This document shows, in pieces, positions 1 through 12,458 of a stretch of 64,000 bases of DNA. Both the position numbers and the translations under genes were made by a program. The notes beneath the pieces were generated by a model, which was not told where the DNA came from, searched no databases, and worked only from the letters and a program-made list of their open reading frames with translations. Origin of the DNA: Octopus bimaculoides. Lineage: Eukaryota. The DNA lies in NCBI RefSeq assembly GCF_001194135.2, contig NC_068999.1, positions 27,357,727-27,421,726 of the forward strand, written 5' to 3'. The number at the start of each line of letters is the position of its first letter. The first letter of the stretch is position 1.

Positions 1-6
1 TATATA

Positions 7-41
<35 letters not shown>

Positions 42-58
42 GTGTGTGTATATGTTTG

Positions 59-262
59 TGTGTCTGTGTTTGTCTCGCTCCCCAACATCGCTTGACAACC
101 GATGCTGGTGTGTTTACGTCCCCGTAACTTAGCGGTTCGGCTAAAGAGACCGATAGAATAAGCACTAGGCTTACAAAGAATAAGTCTTGGGGTCGATTAG
201 CTCGACTATAAGGCGGTGCTTCAGCATGGCCGCAGTCAAATGACTGAAACAAGTAAAAGAGT
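59..262 (+). mobile_element. tRNA-derived SINE family A, 3' half (preceded by its internal microsatellite)
   Basis: catcgcttgacaaccgatgctggtgtgtttacgtccccgtaacttagcggttcggc...ggccgcagtcaaatgactgaaacaagtaaaaga recurs at 18270, 21330, 22150 and in reverse at 17342, 33460. Confidence 0.85.
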
Positions 263-705
263 ATATATGCATATATATATATATATATATATATGCATAT
301 ATATATGTACACGCACACATATATATATACACACACATATAAGACGGATGACCACTAAGTGGACATCTCTTTTGCTAGAAGACCACCTACTGTCTCACTA
401 CTAAGAATTACGTAAGTAGTTGACAACGAAACCGATCTATGATTAATCTTTATATTTTGTGTCTTTTCATTTGTCTTGCTCTTATGTTCTGGTGTTTGCT
501 TAATTTTCTTGAGAACAATCTTTTCTTAGTAGTGAGACCGTAGGTGGTCTTCTAGCAAAAGGGATGTCCACTTAGTGGTCATCCCTCTTATATGTATGTA
601 ATATAATTTTTCTGAATCTTCAGATTTTTCAATTTGCTAGGCCATTGGTTTTAAAATGATATTAATCAAATTAATATTCAATTTCTCACCCTTATTATTT
701 AAATT

Positions 706-715
<10 letters not shown>

Positions 716-738
<23 letters not shown>

Positions 739-823
739 TGAGTGAGTGAGAGAGAGTGAGTGAGTGAGAGAGAGAGAGATAGGTAGATAGATAGATAAAT
801 AGATAGATAGATAGATAGATAGG

Positions 824-870
<47 letters not shown>

Positions 871-920
871 NNNNNNNNNNNNNNNNNNNNNNNCAATTTC
901 TCACCCTTATTATTTAAATT

Positions 921-953
<33 letters not shown>

Positions 954-1038
954 TGAGTGAGTGAGAGAGAGTGAGTGAGTGAGAGAGAGAGAGATAGGTA
1001 GATAGATAGATAAATAGATAGATAGATAGATAGATAGG

Positions 1039-1093
<55 letters not shown>

Positions 1094-1095
1094 GT
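716..1095. repeat. Compound (TA)/(GA)/(GATA) microsatellite, duplicated across a small gap
   Basis: Directly visible; about 685-870 is repeated at 894-1075 across 23 N. Confidence 0.95.
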
Positions 1096-1240
1096 ATACA
1101 GTAATCCCTCGTCATATCATGGTTCACCTTTCATGTTTCACCTCTCGCAGTTTATTATTTAAGCTTACGTCGATTTCTCCGTGGCATTCTTTTGCATTTG
1201 TAATAAAATACAAATTATAGAAATAGTCAAAAATATATAT

Positions 1241-1477
1241 TTCTTATTTCTTTATTGCCCACAAGGGGCTAAACATAGAGAGGACAAACAAGGACAGACA
1301 AAGGGATTAAGTCGATTACATCGACCGCAGTGCGAAACTGGTACTTAACTTATTGACCCCGAAAGGATGAAAGGCAAAGTCGACCTCGGCAGAATTTGAA
1401 CTCAGAACGTAACGGCAGACGAAATACTGCTAAGCATTTCGCCCGGCGTGCTAACGTTTCTGCCAGCTCGCCGCCTT
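1241..1477 (-). mobile_element. tRNA-derived SINE family B, full length
   Basis: Minus strand aaggcggcgagctggcagaaacgttagc (A-box-like)...gagttcaaattctgcc (B box)...tail gcaataaagaaataagaa; near-identical copy at 13603-13826. Confidence 0.85.
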
Positions 1478-1669
1478 GTGTAGTACAGTAGTGTTTCTAC
1501 TTCGCAGAATTTCACCTATTGCAGGGTGCTGTAGAACGGAACACCCGCAATAGTCAAGGGATTACTGTACACACACATACACACACACATTTAATAGTGC
1601 GTGTGTTTATTTGGCAAGAAAAATATTTTTTTAAATGACCTCTCCGAAATATAACAGCATGTATGTGCA

Positions 1670-1685
1670 TAAGTATATATGTATG

Positions 1686-1719
<34 letters not shown>

Positions 1720-1805
1720 TGTATGTGTGTGTATGTATATATGTATGAATGTATGTATGTATGTATGTATGTATGTATGTTTGTATGTATGTATGTATGT
1801 ATGTT
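1670..1805. repeat. (TATG)n microsatellite (representative of many CATA/TATG arrays in the window)
   Basis: Directly visible; similar arrays at 3035-3085, 8760-8800, 17040-17150, 22305-22350, 35180-35260, 36882-36930, 60895-61060. Confidence 0.95.
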
Positions 1806-2179
1806 TTACTGTTTAGTGTCAAATGTCGAAAGAAAGTACTCAATACCATAGCACAGATTAAAAGTATATTATATTTCGCATTACATATATATATATATGT
1901 ATGTATTCATATTTATATGTATATATATATAAAAACGTGAATTTGTAGGGATATATTAACCGGGCAGATATAGTAGCCCTCAGTTAAGTTCCAGTCAACG
2001 GCTGACCACAACGATCAGTATTTAGCGTCTGTGACTATAATTTGTTGCTGGTGACTGTCTGAATCCTTCCGATGGGTAATTCTGAGTACTTTCTTCTGAA
2101 CGGAAAAATTGCTTGGAGTATATATTATTGATAATAATATACACTACAGACAATTTTTACTCTTCCTTATTAATAGTAT

Positions 2180-2188
2180 ATATATATA

Positions 2189-2282
<94 letters not shown>

Positions 2283-2297
2283 TGTGTGTGTGTGTGT
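2180..2297. repeat. (TG)n microsatellite (representative)
   Basis: Directly visible; similar arrays at 2785-2860, 7420-7500, 13885-13990, 31735-31830, 40783-40875, 43910-43950. Confidence 0.95.
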
Positions 2298-2803
2298 TAA
2301 TAATAATAAAGAGTAAAAATTGTCTGGAATGTATATTATTATTAATAATATATGCTCCAGATACCTATGTTTTCAGATAACCAATAACTTTCGACGTCAT
2401 CATATTCGGTCAATAACGGTATTTTTTTTTTCATATATTGTAATCAAAAAGAATATGACATGTATGCATGATTATCTAGTGTTTCATTTTCCAATGTTTT
2501 AAGGTTTGTTTTAATATTTCTTCCATTGCACATCATTTTGCATGTGAAACTGTTAAATACCGATCCCATTATTATTTACGTATGAACCGTAGTAGTACAG
2601 ATTTTCCACAGAAAATGAATCTATAAATTCCTGTTAAATAACAATAAAGTGTAAAATGTATTATACTTTATCAAGCCGTGTTGATATCAAACTGATTAAA
2701 CAATCGCGCATACATACATACACAGGCACAAAGGCACACAGACGTAGGTAACGCCACAGTATATATTAGGCGTGTGTGGATATGTGTGTGTGTGCGTGTG
2801 TGC

Positions 2804-2861
<58 letters not shown>

Positions 2862-3251
2862 TAGACGAAAAATAATTTTGATAATGCCAAAAGTGAAACG
2901 AGAATAGCTCAAGTTTTATCTTATATTTCTTTAATGTTTTGTGGTTAGATCTCGATCATGAGGGCAACGTGGTCAGACAACGAAGTATTAAGCAAATCTA
3001 TTATCCCATAATGCTTCACCCAAACAGATATATTCATACATACATACATACATACATACATACATACATACATACATACATACGTACGTATAGAAATGTT
3101 TGTATACGTGTTTCTGTTCGTTTTTGTACGTGTGCATGTGTTTGCCTGCATGTTTCACCCGTGAAAAGGTTCATGTATAAATGCACAAACAATTACAAGA
3201 GCATGTAAGAACGTGTGTACTCGTCCACATACAATACATATAATGTATAAT

Positions 3252-5800
3252 CAGGGGCCACGTTTGCCTTAAAAATATGAGGGGGACAAACTAACATTTG
3301 CTGATTCTTAAAGGAGCATGTTAATATTGTTTATGGTGACTTTCCCGGACCCTATCACATAACAATTTTATGTTAATTAAATTTTATATATTCAAATGAA
3401 GTTCAGATATAAACAAAATAAGCTTAAAAAGAATTTATTAGATCAAATAGACAAAAAATAAAACAGATGTTTGAATAAAAAAAGATTAAATTAAATTTGT
3501 TATCTTTTAGAACTTTTCAAATGTATTATATCGCATCATTTCTGACAATAAATAATTTAACAACTTCTGAGTCATGGTCGATCGCAGCCAAGTTTTGAGT
3601 CTCCCCTGAGCGCTAAAATATCTTTCAACTTCACAAGAACTGGTTGGAAACACTAAAAGTAACCTGAGCAATCGCTCAACATTTGGAAACATGCGACGAA
3701 CATATGGTTGCATTTCACCGAATATTGTACGATGATCCTCGAGAGATGATCCACTATGTTAATTTCTTTAAAAAATATTTCATTCCTTAAAGAAAATTCA
3801 CTAAGCTCTGGATACTGCATGATCACTTCAGCATAAAAATTTCAATTGAGTAAAATATTGTTTAGTTTTTCATAACTTATTAAATCGTTCAAATTTGCTA
3901 TTGCAGTATCCACTACCTGCAAATACTGCACTCTGTAATGATCCAAAACAGTGCAGTGTTGATATTTTAACGCATTTCCTTCCTAATATCTTTTAGGAAC
4001 TTTTCGTTGCTTGGGTAGCTCCAAAGGAGAAATATCAAGTTGATAAATAATTTCTTCTGCTGTATTGAACAGTTCCTGAAATTTTTCTTCATTGCGTAGA
4101 TTTTTTAGCTCCTCCTGTACCAGTTTGACACTATGCAACATGCCACCTTGATTAACGGTGGTACTTTGAAAAAATTTATTCAATCCATCAAGGAGTTGAA
4201 GTAATGGAACTAAAACATGCAATCCAAGAACACATTGGCCTGTAAAGTGATAAGTAAGAATACCATTAGCACTGGATGCAATGTTGGTGCGAAACTCATT
4301 TGTTGCCTCTTATAAAGAAATGAGGACATCTGAATAATTTTCAAGAAGGGCTTTGACTGCAGAAAGCAGTGTTAGCCATTGACTAGGGCACACAGGTTTT
4401 CAGGAGCGTAGTGACGATACTTCAATTTCTTCATCATGTGATAAACACGTGCTTAAATTTCCCTGATGTACTACATAGTTTTCTCAATTCATTCGCGTAA
4501 TCAAGACCATTTTTGATAAATGAAGCTTGTTGAATGGATTTAGCTATAATAAGTTGAGAAATATGAGCGCCGCAGTGCACGTAATGGGCCAGAGGCTGAA
4601 TCTTCTTTATTTCTGCTTAACAACCGAAATGTTTACCGGCCATATTAGCTGCACCATCATATGTCTGGCATCGAAGATTTTGAATTGGTAATTGAAGGTG
4701 TAGAAATACACCAAGAATCATTTGACAGAGATTTATCATTTGTACTATCTATATTGTAGATTCCTAAAACATCTTTAATTTCAAAGTAAACATTCACATG
4801 ACGAATACAAATGACTTCCTGTTAGTCACCTTGAATATCTTGTGTAGCATCAATAATTATTCCAAACTGCTAATATTCTTTGTTAATTGTCTTTATTATG
4901 CCTTTCAAAACCATATGGCTCATTGTTTTAAAAATCATTTTGGATTTCAGCTGGTGTAGCTGTGCTTTCTGCTCAATCAAACTCTTAGCTCATGAACATC
5001 TTCACATCGAAGATTTAACAGCTCCATGAAGTTGCCCTCATCACTATGCTTTCCTTGAATTGTCAACCCTTGCTCGGGTAAATACTTGAAAAAAGATATT
5101 ATCTTAAGTAAAACGTGTCTTGCTTTATTTTGATTATCATGGTGGGTTTGGTTCAAGTTTGGCCGTATACTTTCTTGTTTCTTTTTGAAAAGGATGTTAG
5201 ATGTCGCAAGTTTATAAGTGTTTGACTTTTCGTGAGAAAAAAATCTTTCCTGAGCCTTTTACCAGTTTTTTAAGCCTCTTAAAATGAAAGCATTATCAGA
5301 GCATTTTGCCAAGTTTATTAGTTTGTATTGGTGTGCATATGAACAAGTGTGATAAGTAACTTCTTTCAATCTAGCATCATAATGAAGCCAATTATAAGCC
5401 TGGAGCCATTTTGACTGAAACTTCAGTATCTTGCTTGGCAGTTTTTGAACAGGTATCACAGTCACATCTGGGTGATAAGGTTCCATCAGTATAAGGCAGC
5501 TTTCATAACATTCAACAGGTTCAATTACCGTGGAAGTTGAGGGAGATACAATATCTTGGCTTGATTTCTTTGTAGCGCTTTTTTTTAGCCTTCCTGAGAA
5601 AGAACATTATCATTTTCATTATCAATTGGTATATGGAAGCTTTCATTACATTTAGTGGATTCATAAAAAATGATGCAAGTTGAAAGAGACACAAGATCTT
5701 GGTTTGATTTTTTTGTATTCCTTGTTTTGGCACTTTCCTGGGAAAGAACAGTATCATTTTCACAACCACGTTTATGTTAGAATCTTTTAAAAAAATCTTT
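3252..5800 (-). mobile_element. Decayed hAT-superfamily DNA transposon (TTF-type Zn finger / DUF4371-like / hAT dimerisation transposase pseudogene)
   Basis: Minus-strand fragments in order: KFQSKWLQAYNWLHYD...CSYA...AFILRGLKNW (5259-5486); LLQLLDGLNKFFQSTTVN...LPKQRKVPKRY (3983-4222); FPNVERLLRLLLVFPTSSCEVERYFSAQGRLKTWLRSTMTQ (3507-3713). CAGGGG-type terminus at 3252; other terminus not found. Confidence 0.85.
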
Positions 5801-6184
5801 AAAAAATACTCGTACGAATTAAATAAAAAATGTTCGGTCCAAAACTAAAGTAAACTATTTCAAATTATATATTTTTGAAAAATAGACGTGAATGTTCTCA
5901 AAGACTGAATCTCAGTCGAAAAGGCCTTTTTTTTAAATTCTATATTTTACTGTTAGCTATTGCAATATTTCCATTCAAACTGTAAAGTCAAAATGCCAAA
6001 GATGCAAAATATGAAGAATTTCTTACCTTTCTCTGAAATCATAAGCTCAAGGGAAAAATTGTACCTTGCGAAATAAAATATCTCGATCATAAACTAGTTG
6101 CAACGAATGAAGAGAGATGTTTGGTGACATTGAGCAAACAATATCTGTATCCCTATATATATATATATATATATAGTTCAAAAA

Positions 6185-6275
6185 AGGAAAAAGACAAAAA
6201 AACAACAACAAAAAACAACAACGTGAGGACGTGATACAGATTGTGTTACTAGACGGTCGGGAAAGATAAACATAC
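6185..6275 (-). repeat. Truncated copy of the dispersed repeat found at 31545-31737
   Basis: aaaaaacaacaacgtgaggacgtgatacagattgtgttactagacggtcgggaaag aligns with aaaaaacaacgcgaggacgtggaataaggacagtgttattggacgctcaggaaagg. Confidence 0.6.
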
Positions 6276-6668
6276 ATATGCATACCCACACACAAACTTG
6301 TGTGTATGTGTATGTGTGCCTTGTTTCTGGTACAGAAAAAAATTTGTCTCCAGTTTTTTATTGCCTGTGGAGGTCAAATGCCACTGCTCTGGGTACAAAG
6401 TGACCAGCTTTTCAACAACGTCAAATAATAACGCCAGATATTCCCTTCTATGTCAGCTATCTCCGATGAGCGTATTTGTATAATTTCTTTGTTGCCGAAC
6501 ACTCCGTCGTATTTTTTGCACGAAACTGATTGGTAAGACCAGCCGTGATGGATATTTAATACTATAAAATTCGGATAATATATGATGAGAGAAAGTGGGA
6601 AAGACAGAGAGAATAAGAGATGTGTGTGTGTTTGGTTCATGTCTATTTGTCTATCTATTTATCTGCAT

Positions 6669-6725
6669 CAGGGGGCTCAAACATGCGGCCCGCGAAATAC
6701 TTTACTATGGCCCGTGGTAGAACCA
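6669..6725 (+). mobile_element. hAT (Charlie-like) MITE terminal fragment
   Basis: cagggggctcaaacatgcggcccgcg resembles the typical Charlie-type terminus. Confidence 0.5.
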
Positions 6726-6757
6726 GTATTTCAGATTGCTTTATAACTGTTGAAAAT

Positions 6758-6940
6758 AAGGTGGCGAACTGATTGAATCCTTAGTACATCTGGCGAAATG
6801 CTTAGCAGCACTTCTGTCTTTGTGTTCTGAGTTCAAATTCCACCCAATCTCGACTTTGTCTTTTATCCTTTTGGGGTCGATAAGTACCAGTTGTGGATTG
6901 GGATCGATGTAATCAACTGTCCCCCCACCAACAAAATCAT
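6758..6940 (+). mobile_element. SINE family B, diverged
   Basis: aaggtggcgaactg...ggcgaaatgcttagc...gagttcaaattcc...gactttgtcttttatccttttggggtcgataagtaccag. Confidence 0.75.
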
Positions 6941-7044
6941 CACCCATAACCACTTTTGGCCCACTGTACCTCTCCTCCAGGACGTAATGGCTCTTTTGTG
7001 TCCTCGAATTTGAGACCTCTGTTCTACACACACACACACACATA

Positions 7045-7412
7045 CACTTCACTTCTTTCTGTCTTTGGACTATGCCCGTGCTGGAGCATCACCTTGGTAA
7101 GTTACGGGAACGACAACAAACCAACAAGCTTTGGTGGGAGAGCAAACACAAATGCAGAGAACACACACACACACACACACACACAATTATATATACATAT
7201 GTAGGGATTCTTTGAAGTGATGTACAGATATTGTATATTGGGAATAACATTCTGACTACCTTGTTATTCTCAATATATATACATATATACGATGGGCTTT
7301 TTTTTAGTCTTCTATCAAATCAACTCACAAGGCTTTGGTCAGCCCGGCAAGTGGGACTGAACCCGGAAACATGTGGTTGGGAAACAAGCTTCTTATCACA
7401 CAGCCACACTGC
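7045..7412 (-). mobile_element. SINE family A fragments (tail 7045-7100; head 7285-7412 with internal deletion)
   Basis: gtgctggagcatcacc tail motif; ctcacaaggctttggtc...gtgggactgaacccgg...cttcttatcacacagccac head. Confidence 0.7.
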
Positions 7413-7419
7413 ACATAAG

Positions 7420-7501
<82 letters not shown>

Positions 7502-7785
7502 AGGAAAATATGATTAACAATTGATGGGTGCTTCACAATTCCATACATAGTTCATGGAATGAAAAGAGTTAAATGAGTATAAGTGCCAGAAGGAAAAGAG
7601 AGATACAACCGGTAGAAGGTTTAAGAGAAGGTTTTATTTATATGCTAACATGTGTGTGTGTGTGTATGTGTGCGACATATAAACATTATAATAGACAGGC
7701 TGTCATGTATACAAAGTGTATGTGTATACAAACATGGATGTATGCGTGTGCAATAAGTACAGAGCATAAGAAAGAGTCTATAATA

Positions 7786-8502
7786 TGACGTTAGAAGAAA
7801 GTCCAGACACGAGGATGATAAATACCAGTTCGTAGTCAAGGTACACAGTGGTTGAGGTGCTGTATCAAGAAGTTGAGGCCGCAATGCAGAGCCGGGGATG
7901 TGGCTACGATGCTGCTGCCGGTCACTTGTTACAGGAAGTTGTCGCAGGTTGTATTTGCTGTTAACCATGATGAAGAAATTCACAAACAGTGTGGAGATAG
8001 AACCTAACCTGTGCGAGTGCTGCTGGTTGCTGTGTACGTAGCAAGAAGTTGTTGATGACGTTAAGTAGATGGAGGCGACGTAGATGGAGATTGCCGTATG
8101 CTGTTGGTTGAGTGTTGAGTCTCCATGTAGCTGCTGTTGCGTCGTCGCTGGAACTGGCTGTGTGCTCTGTGGTCAGTGGCTAGACCTCAGAAGGTCTGGA
8201 GCCACAAGACATATGGAACGGTGAGAAACTGGCTTATATTACATTCTGTCGGCTCACCAGAAGTTTAGAAAAATACTGTTTCACGTGACCTTATCTGAAG
8301 GCTGCGATTGGTTGGGTTGCATCTTGGCGCGCAATAGAGCAAGAGACAAATTGCGCCAACACCAACCAATCAGAGTGGTGGACACAACAGGGTCCAAAGG
8401 TGCGGCCGAAGGCTAGCNNNNNNNNNNCAACACCAACCAATCAGAGTGGTGGACACAACAGGGTCCAAAGGTGCGGCCGAAGGCTAGCTGTTATCTACTA
8501 CG
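7786..8502 (-). mobile_element. Putative solo LTR
   Basis: GC-richer island that starts TG on plus and ends ctactacg (TG/CA-like ends); ccaatc motifs and a minus-strand tataagcc TATA-like box; no TSD found. Confidence 0.4.
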
Positions 8503-9094
8503 TTCGTATTTATGTATATATAACAGAGAGAGAAAAGTTTCCCTTAAGGCGTACGCTACATGTATGTATGTCTCTTGTATTTTTTAATTATTATAAATCT
8601 TCCACTGAGGAGGGAGTCGGTTTCCAACAAAGACACAAGGCTCCATCTTTGGGATGTTGTTAGCACAGACAAATTCAAATTTGGAACTTGAGAAAAGTTT
8701 TGCTTATTTTTACTGTTCCACTGACAGATTGCACTTGTAATGTACTAATGAGCCAGTCAATGTATGTATGTATGTATGTATGTATGTATGTATGTATGTG
8801 CGTGTGTGTGTATGTTTGTATGTATGTATAAGTATGCGCCCACACCTTTCATCACCAATGCTTCTTTTTCTTGTCTTTTCTGTTCACGTTTTTCTTATTT
8901 TCATTTTCTTTGATTTCTTTCGTTTTTCTTTTATTCGCTGACAACCTTACTTCATTTACTTTCTTCGTTTCTTTTAAATTTATTTAAGATACACCTTCGT
9001 ATTTTTTCCTCGTGTGGCTTGTGGGCCGCTTAAACTCATGGGCCTTGGTGCACCGCCCTGGCTGACCCCACTCTAAGTGGGCTAAGTGGGGCTG

Positions 9095-9129
<35 letters not shown>

Positions 9130-9311
9130 TTGTGTGTGTGCATTTGCAAATGAACTCTTCCCGATTAAACTATCTTCGGAAAAACTCTTACTCAAAACGA
9201 TCATATGTATTAAGATTTAACTCTACAACAAATCTCTAAAATTGTGATGTTTGTTTTATATTACGAAGATAATATTTACATTCATTCTTAAAATTTCCTA
9301 AATGCAAATTA

Positions 9312-10145
9312 ATCTCAAGAAAAAGTAGACAGAAAAACAAGGAAGTTGCTAACTAGATATGGGTCACTCCACCCAAAGAGTGACACAGACAGACTGTATG
9401 TACCAAGAAAAAGAGGGGAAGAGGAATTATTGGATGCGAACACAGCATTAGAGCAGAAGAAAATGGTATGTAAAAAATGCCACAGAACCGCTATTATTAG
9501 AAGTAAGAAGGTCAGGCTTGTGTAGGATGAAAGATTGCAAAGATAAGGCATTATACAAGAAATTGAAAACGAATGAAACTGAAAATAGATGGGTAAAGAA
9601 AAGAATGCATGGTCAATTTCATAGTGATGTTGAAGATAAGACAGACAGAGAAAAAAGATGGCTGTGGATGATTAAAGTGATTTAAAAACGGAAACGGAGG
9701 CTCTAATTTGTGCTGCCCAAGAGCAAGCACTAAGAACAAACTACATAAAATACAGAATATACAACACAGCAGAAAGTGATAAGTGCAGAATCTGTGGACA
9801 AAATGTTGAAACCGTATGGTATATTACTAGCCAATGTACGCCACTAACCCAGAAGGAATATAAAAGACACCACGACAATATAGCCAGGCTTGTCCATTGG
9901 ACACTTTGCAACGAGTATGGACTTGACAGAGCAAAAAATTTGTACGACCACAAACCTGAAGGCATCGTTGAATATGGAAATGCAAAGTTCCTCTGGGATT
10001 TTATGATTCAGTGCGACCATGAGATAGAGAATAGGAAGCCGGACATAGTCTTCATTAAGAAATAATCAAACTATGCTGGATGATAGATATAGCATACCCA
10101 GCTGACAATAAAGTATGCGATAAGGAAGAAAGAAAAGTCGAGATA
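9312..10145 (+). mobile_element. R4/Dong-clade non-LTR retrotransposon remnant (post-RT region, CCHC knuckle, restriction-like endonuclease)
   Basis: Frame-shifted translation: DRKTRKLLTRYGSLHPKSDTDRLYVPRKRGGRG...ETEALICAAQEQALRTNY...KCRICGQNVETVWYITSQC...KRHHDNIARLVHW...LWDFMIQCDHEIENRKPDIV. Confidence 0.88.
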
Positions 10146-10229
10146 TAAGGGGTGTTACCTTAGTTCACTGGTAGGGAACAGCTGACACTGTAATACATCT
10201 CCAGCATTAGAAGCTGTGCAAAGGCAATA

Positions 10230-10260
<31 letters not shown>

Positions 10261-11173
10261 NNNNNNNNNNNNNNNNNNNNNNNNNNNNNNNNNNNNNNNN
10301 NNNNNNNNNNNNNNNNNNNNNNNNNNNNNNNNNNNNNNNNNNNNNNNNNNNNNNNNNNNNNNNNNNNNNNNNNNNNNNNNNNNNNNNNNNNNNNNNNNNN
10401 NNNNNNNNNNNNNNNNNNNNNNNNNNNNNNNNNNNNNNNNNNNNNNNNNNNNNNNNNNNNNNNNNNNNNNNNNNNNNNNNNNNNNNNNNNNNNNNNNNNN
10501 NNNNNNNNNNNNNNNNNNNNNNNNNNNNNNNNNNNNNNNNNNNNNNNNNNNNNNNNNNNNNNNNNNNNNNNNNNNNNNNNNNNNNNNNNNNNNNNNNNNN
10601 NNNNNNNNNNNNNNNNNNNNNNNNNNNNNNNNNNNNNNNNNNNNNNNNNNNNNNNNNNNNNNNNNNNNNNNNNNNNNNNNNNNNNNNNNNNNNNNNNNNN
10701 NNNNNNNNNNNNNNNNNNNNNNNNNNNNNNNNNNNNNNNNNNNNNNNNNNNNNNNNNNNNNNNNNNNNNNNNNNNNNNNNNNNNNNNNNNNNNNNNNNNN
10801 NNNNNNNNNNNNNNNNNNNNNNNNNNNNNNNNNNNNNNNNNNNNNNNNNNNNNNNNNNNNNNNNNNNNNNNNNNNNNNNNNNNNNNNNNNNNNNNNNNNN
10901 NNNNNNNNNNNNNNNNNNNNNNNNNNNNNNNNNNNNNNNNNNNNNNNNNNNNNNNNNNNNNNNNNNNNNNNNNNNNNNNNNNNNNNNNNNNNNNNNNNNN
11001 NNNNNNNNNNNNNNNNNNNNNNNNNNNNNNNNNNNNNNNNNNNNNNNNNNNNNNNNNNNNNNNNNNNNNNNNNNNNNNNNNNNNNNNNNNNNNNNNNNNN
11101 NNNNNNNNNNNNNNNNNNNNNNNNNNNNNNNNNNNNNNNNNNNNNNNNATATATATATATATATATATATATA

Positions 11174-11720
11174 CGAGGGTGAGCCAAAAAGTAATGCCAT
11201 TTTGTTTAGGACAGGTGTAATTACCAACACAAAAACATGTATCATACATCAAACTGAAGCTGGTTATCTGTAGATCACATCCCTACTTCTCAACATAGTC
11301 ACCGTTTCTCTCAGTAGCAATGTTCCACCTACCAAAAAGAGCATGTATCTCTGCCTCGTAAAATTCTGTTGACTGTTCTTTGAGCCACTTCTTCACTACA
11401 ATTTTCACTTCCTCGTCACTGGAATAATGTCTGACTCTCAAACCTTCTTTCATGGGGCCGAAGGGATGATAGTCTGAAAGCGCTAAATCTGATGAGTATT
11501 GGCAGGATTCACAGAAGCGGACGGACGGCCAGAACGGGGTTTATCGGCTACACTCACAGTTCCCACCTTTTCATCTTTCAGACGACGGACCCACCTGCAT
11601 ACATTGCTATGATCTAAAGTATTGTCCTCATAGACATTTTATAATCGTCAGCCCCTCAGCAACAAGAAATTCAATCACTGCTCTTTGTTTTTGACGTAAC
11701 TCTAAGGGGGAAGCCATTTT
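11174..11720 (-). mobile_element. Internally deleted mariner (irritans-like)
   Basis: TIR tacgagggtgagccaaaaagtaatg at about 11172. Minus strand MASPLELRQKQRAVIEFLVAEG...RWVRRLKD...KPRSGRPS is joined directly to YSSDLALSDYHPFGPMKEGLR...RNGDYVEK* (11717-11283). Confidence 0.85.
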
Positions 11721-11796
11721 GAAGTTTCCTTACTAGTCTAAAAACCTGAAAAGTAAGAAACAAAATATTTCAAAACGTAAATGATANNNNNNNNNN

Positions 11797-11843
<47 letters not shown>

Positions 11844-12299
11844 TACTGTTTACGCACATATATTTTCAAGGTATATAAAGATATAGCTGCCTTTCGATGT
11901 TTCACATTAGCACGGTCTTGTATTTGGCCTTTTTCTTTCTGTACTTTTAAAATTTTACTTCCCATATACACTACTTTATTTCATTTCCATTTCATTCCCT
12001 CGCTAGTGAATTAGACCACAATCTAGACGAACACTTTAGTTAGAATATTTTGTTTAAATTTGTGAAAAATTTTCGAAATTAATTGATAGAATTTTGAATT
12101 TCAAGTACGTTGATTTCCCTTGAAATGATGAATAATATATCAATGCAAGTCGAAAATGAAAATGATTCAACAGAATCTTCTAAACTGCTTCATTTAAGTT
12201 ACTATAAGAATAATTCAGACACGAACAAAAAATCAAAGCCAGTATCGTCGCTGGATCTTCAATAATTTGAAACATAAATCACATAAGTTCTAATATTAC

Positions 12300-12458
12300 C
12301 GAAGCATTCAAATTCTGCCGAGATCGACTTTGCCTTTCATCCTTTCAGGGTCGATAAATTAAGTATCATTTGCGAACTAGAGTCGATCTAATCGACTGGC
12401 CCCCTCCCCCAAAATTTCGGGCCTTGTGCCTAGAGTAGAAAAGAATATTACTGAAGCA
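12300..12458 (+). mobile_element. SINE family B, 5'-truncated, alternative tail
   Basis: ttcaaattctgccgagatcgactttgcctttcatcc...ggccccctccccaaaatttcgggccttgtgcctagagtagaaaag; same tail type at 46166-46325. Confidence 0.8.

Noticed and set aside
685-1075. Apparent tandem duplication across a 23-N gap
   Set aside because: Identical sequence on both sides of a tiny gap is a typical scaffolding overlap artefact
216-3208. Many MYVC/HTHT/IYLS-type ORFs here and across the window
   Set aside because: Translations of (TA), (TG), (CATA) and (GATA) microsatellites
8362-8487. Duplicated segment around a 10-N gap (same pattern at 41092-41165 and 42932-43025)
   Set aside because: Negative-gap assembly artefact
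10155-11252. Long ORFs of 160-365 aa spanning N runs (also near 21350, 34859, 39481, 45341, 51947, 62889)
   Set aside because: Open only because N codons and microsatellites contain no stops
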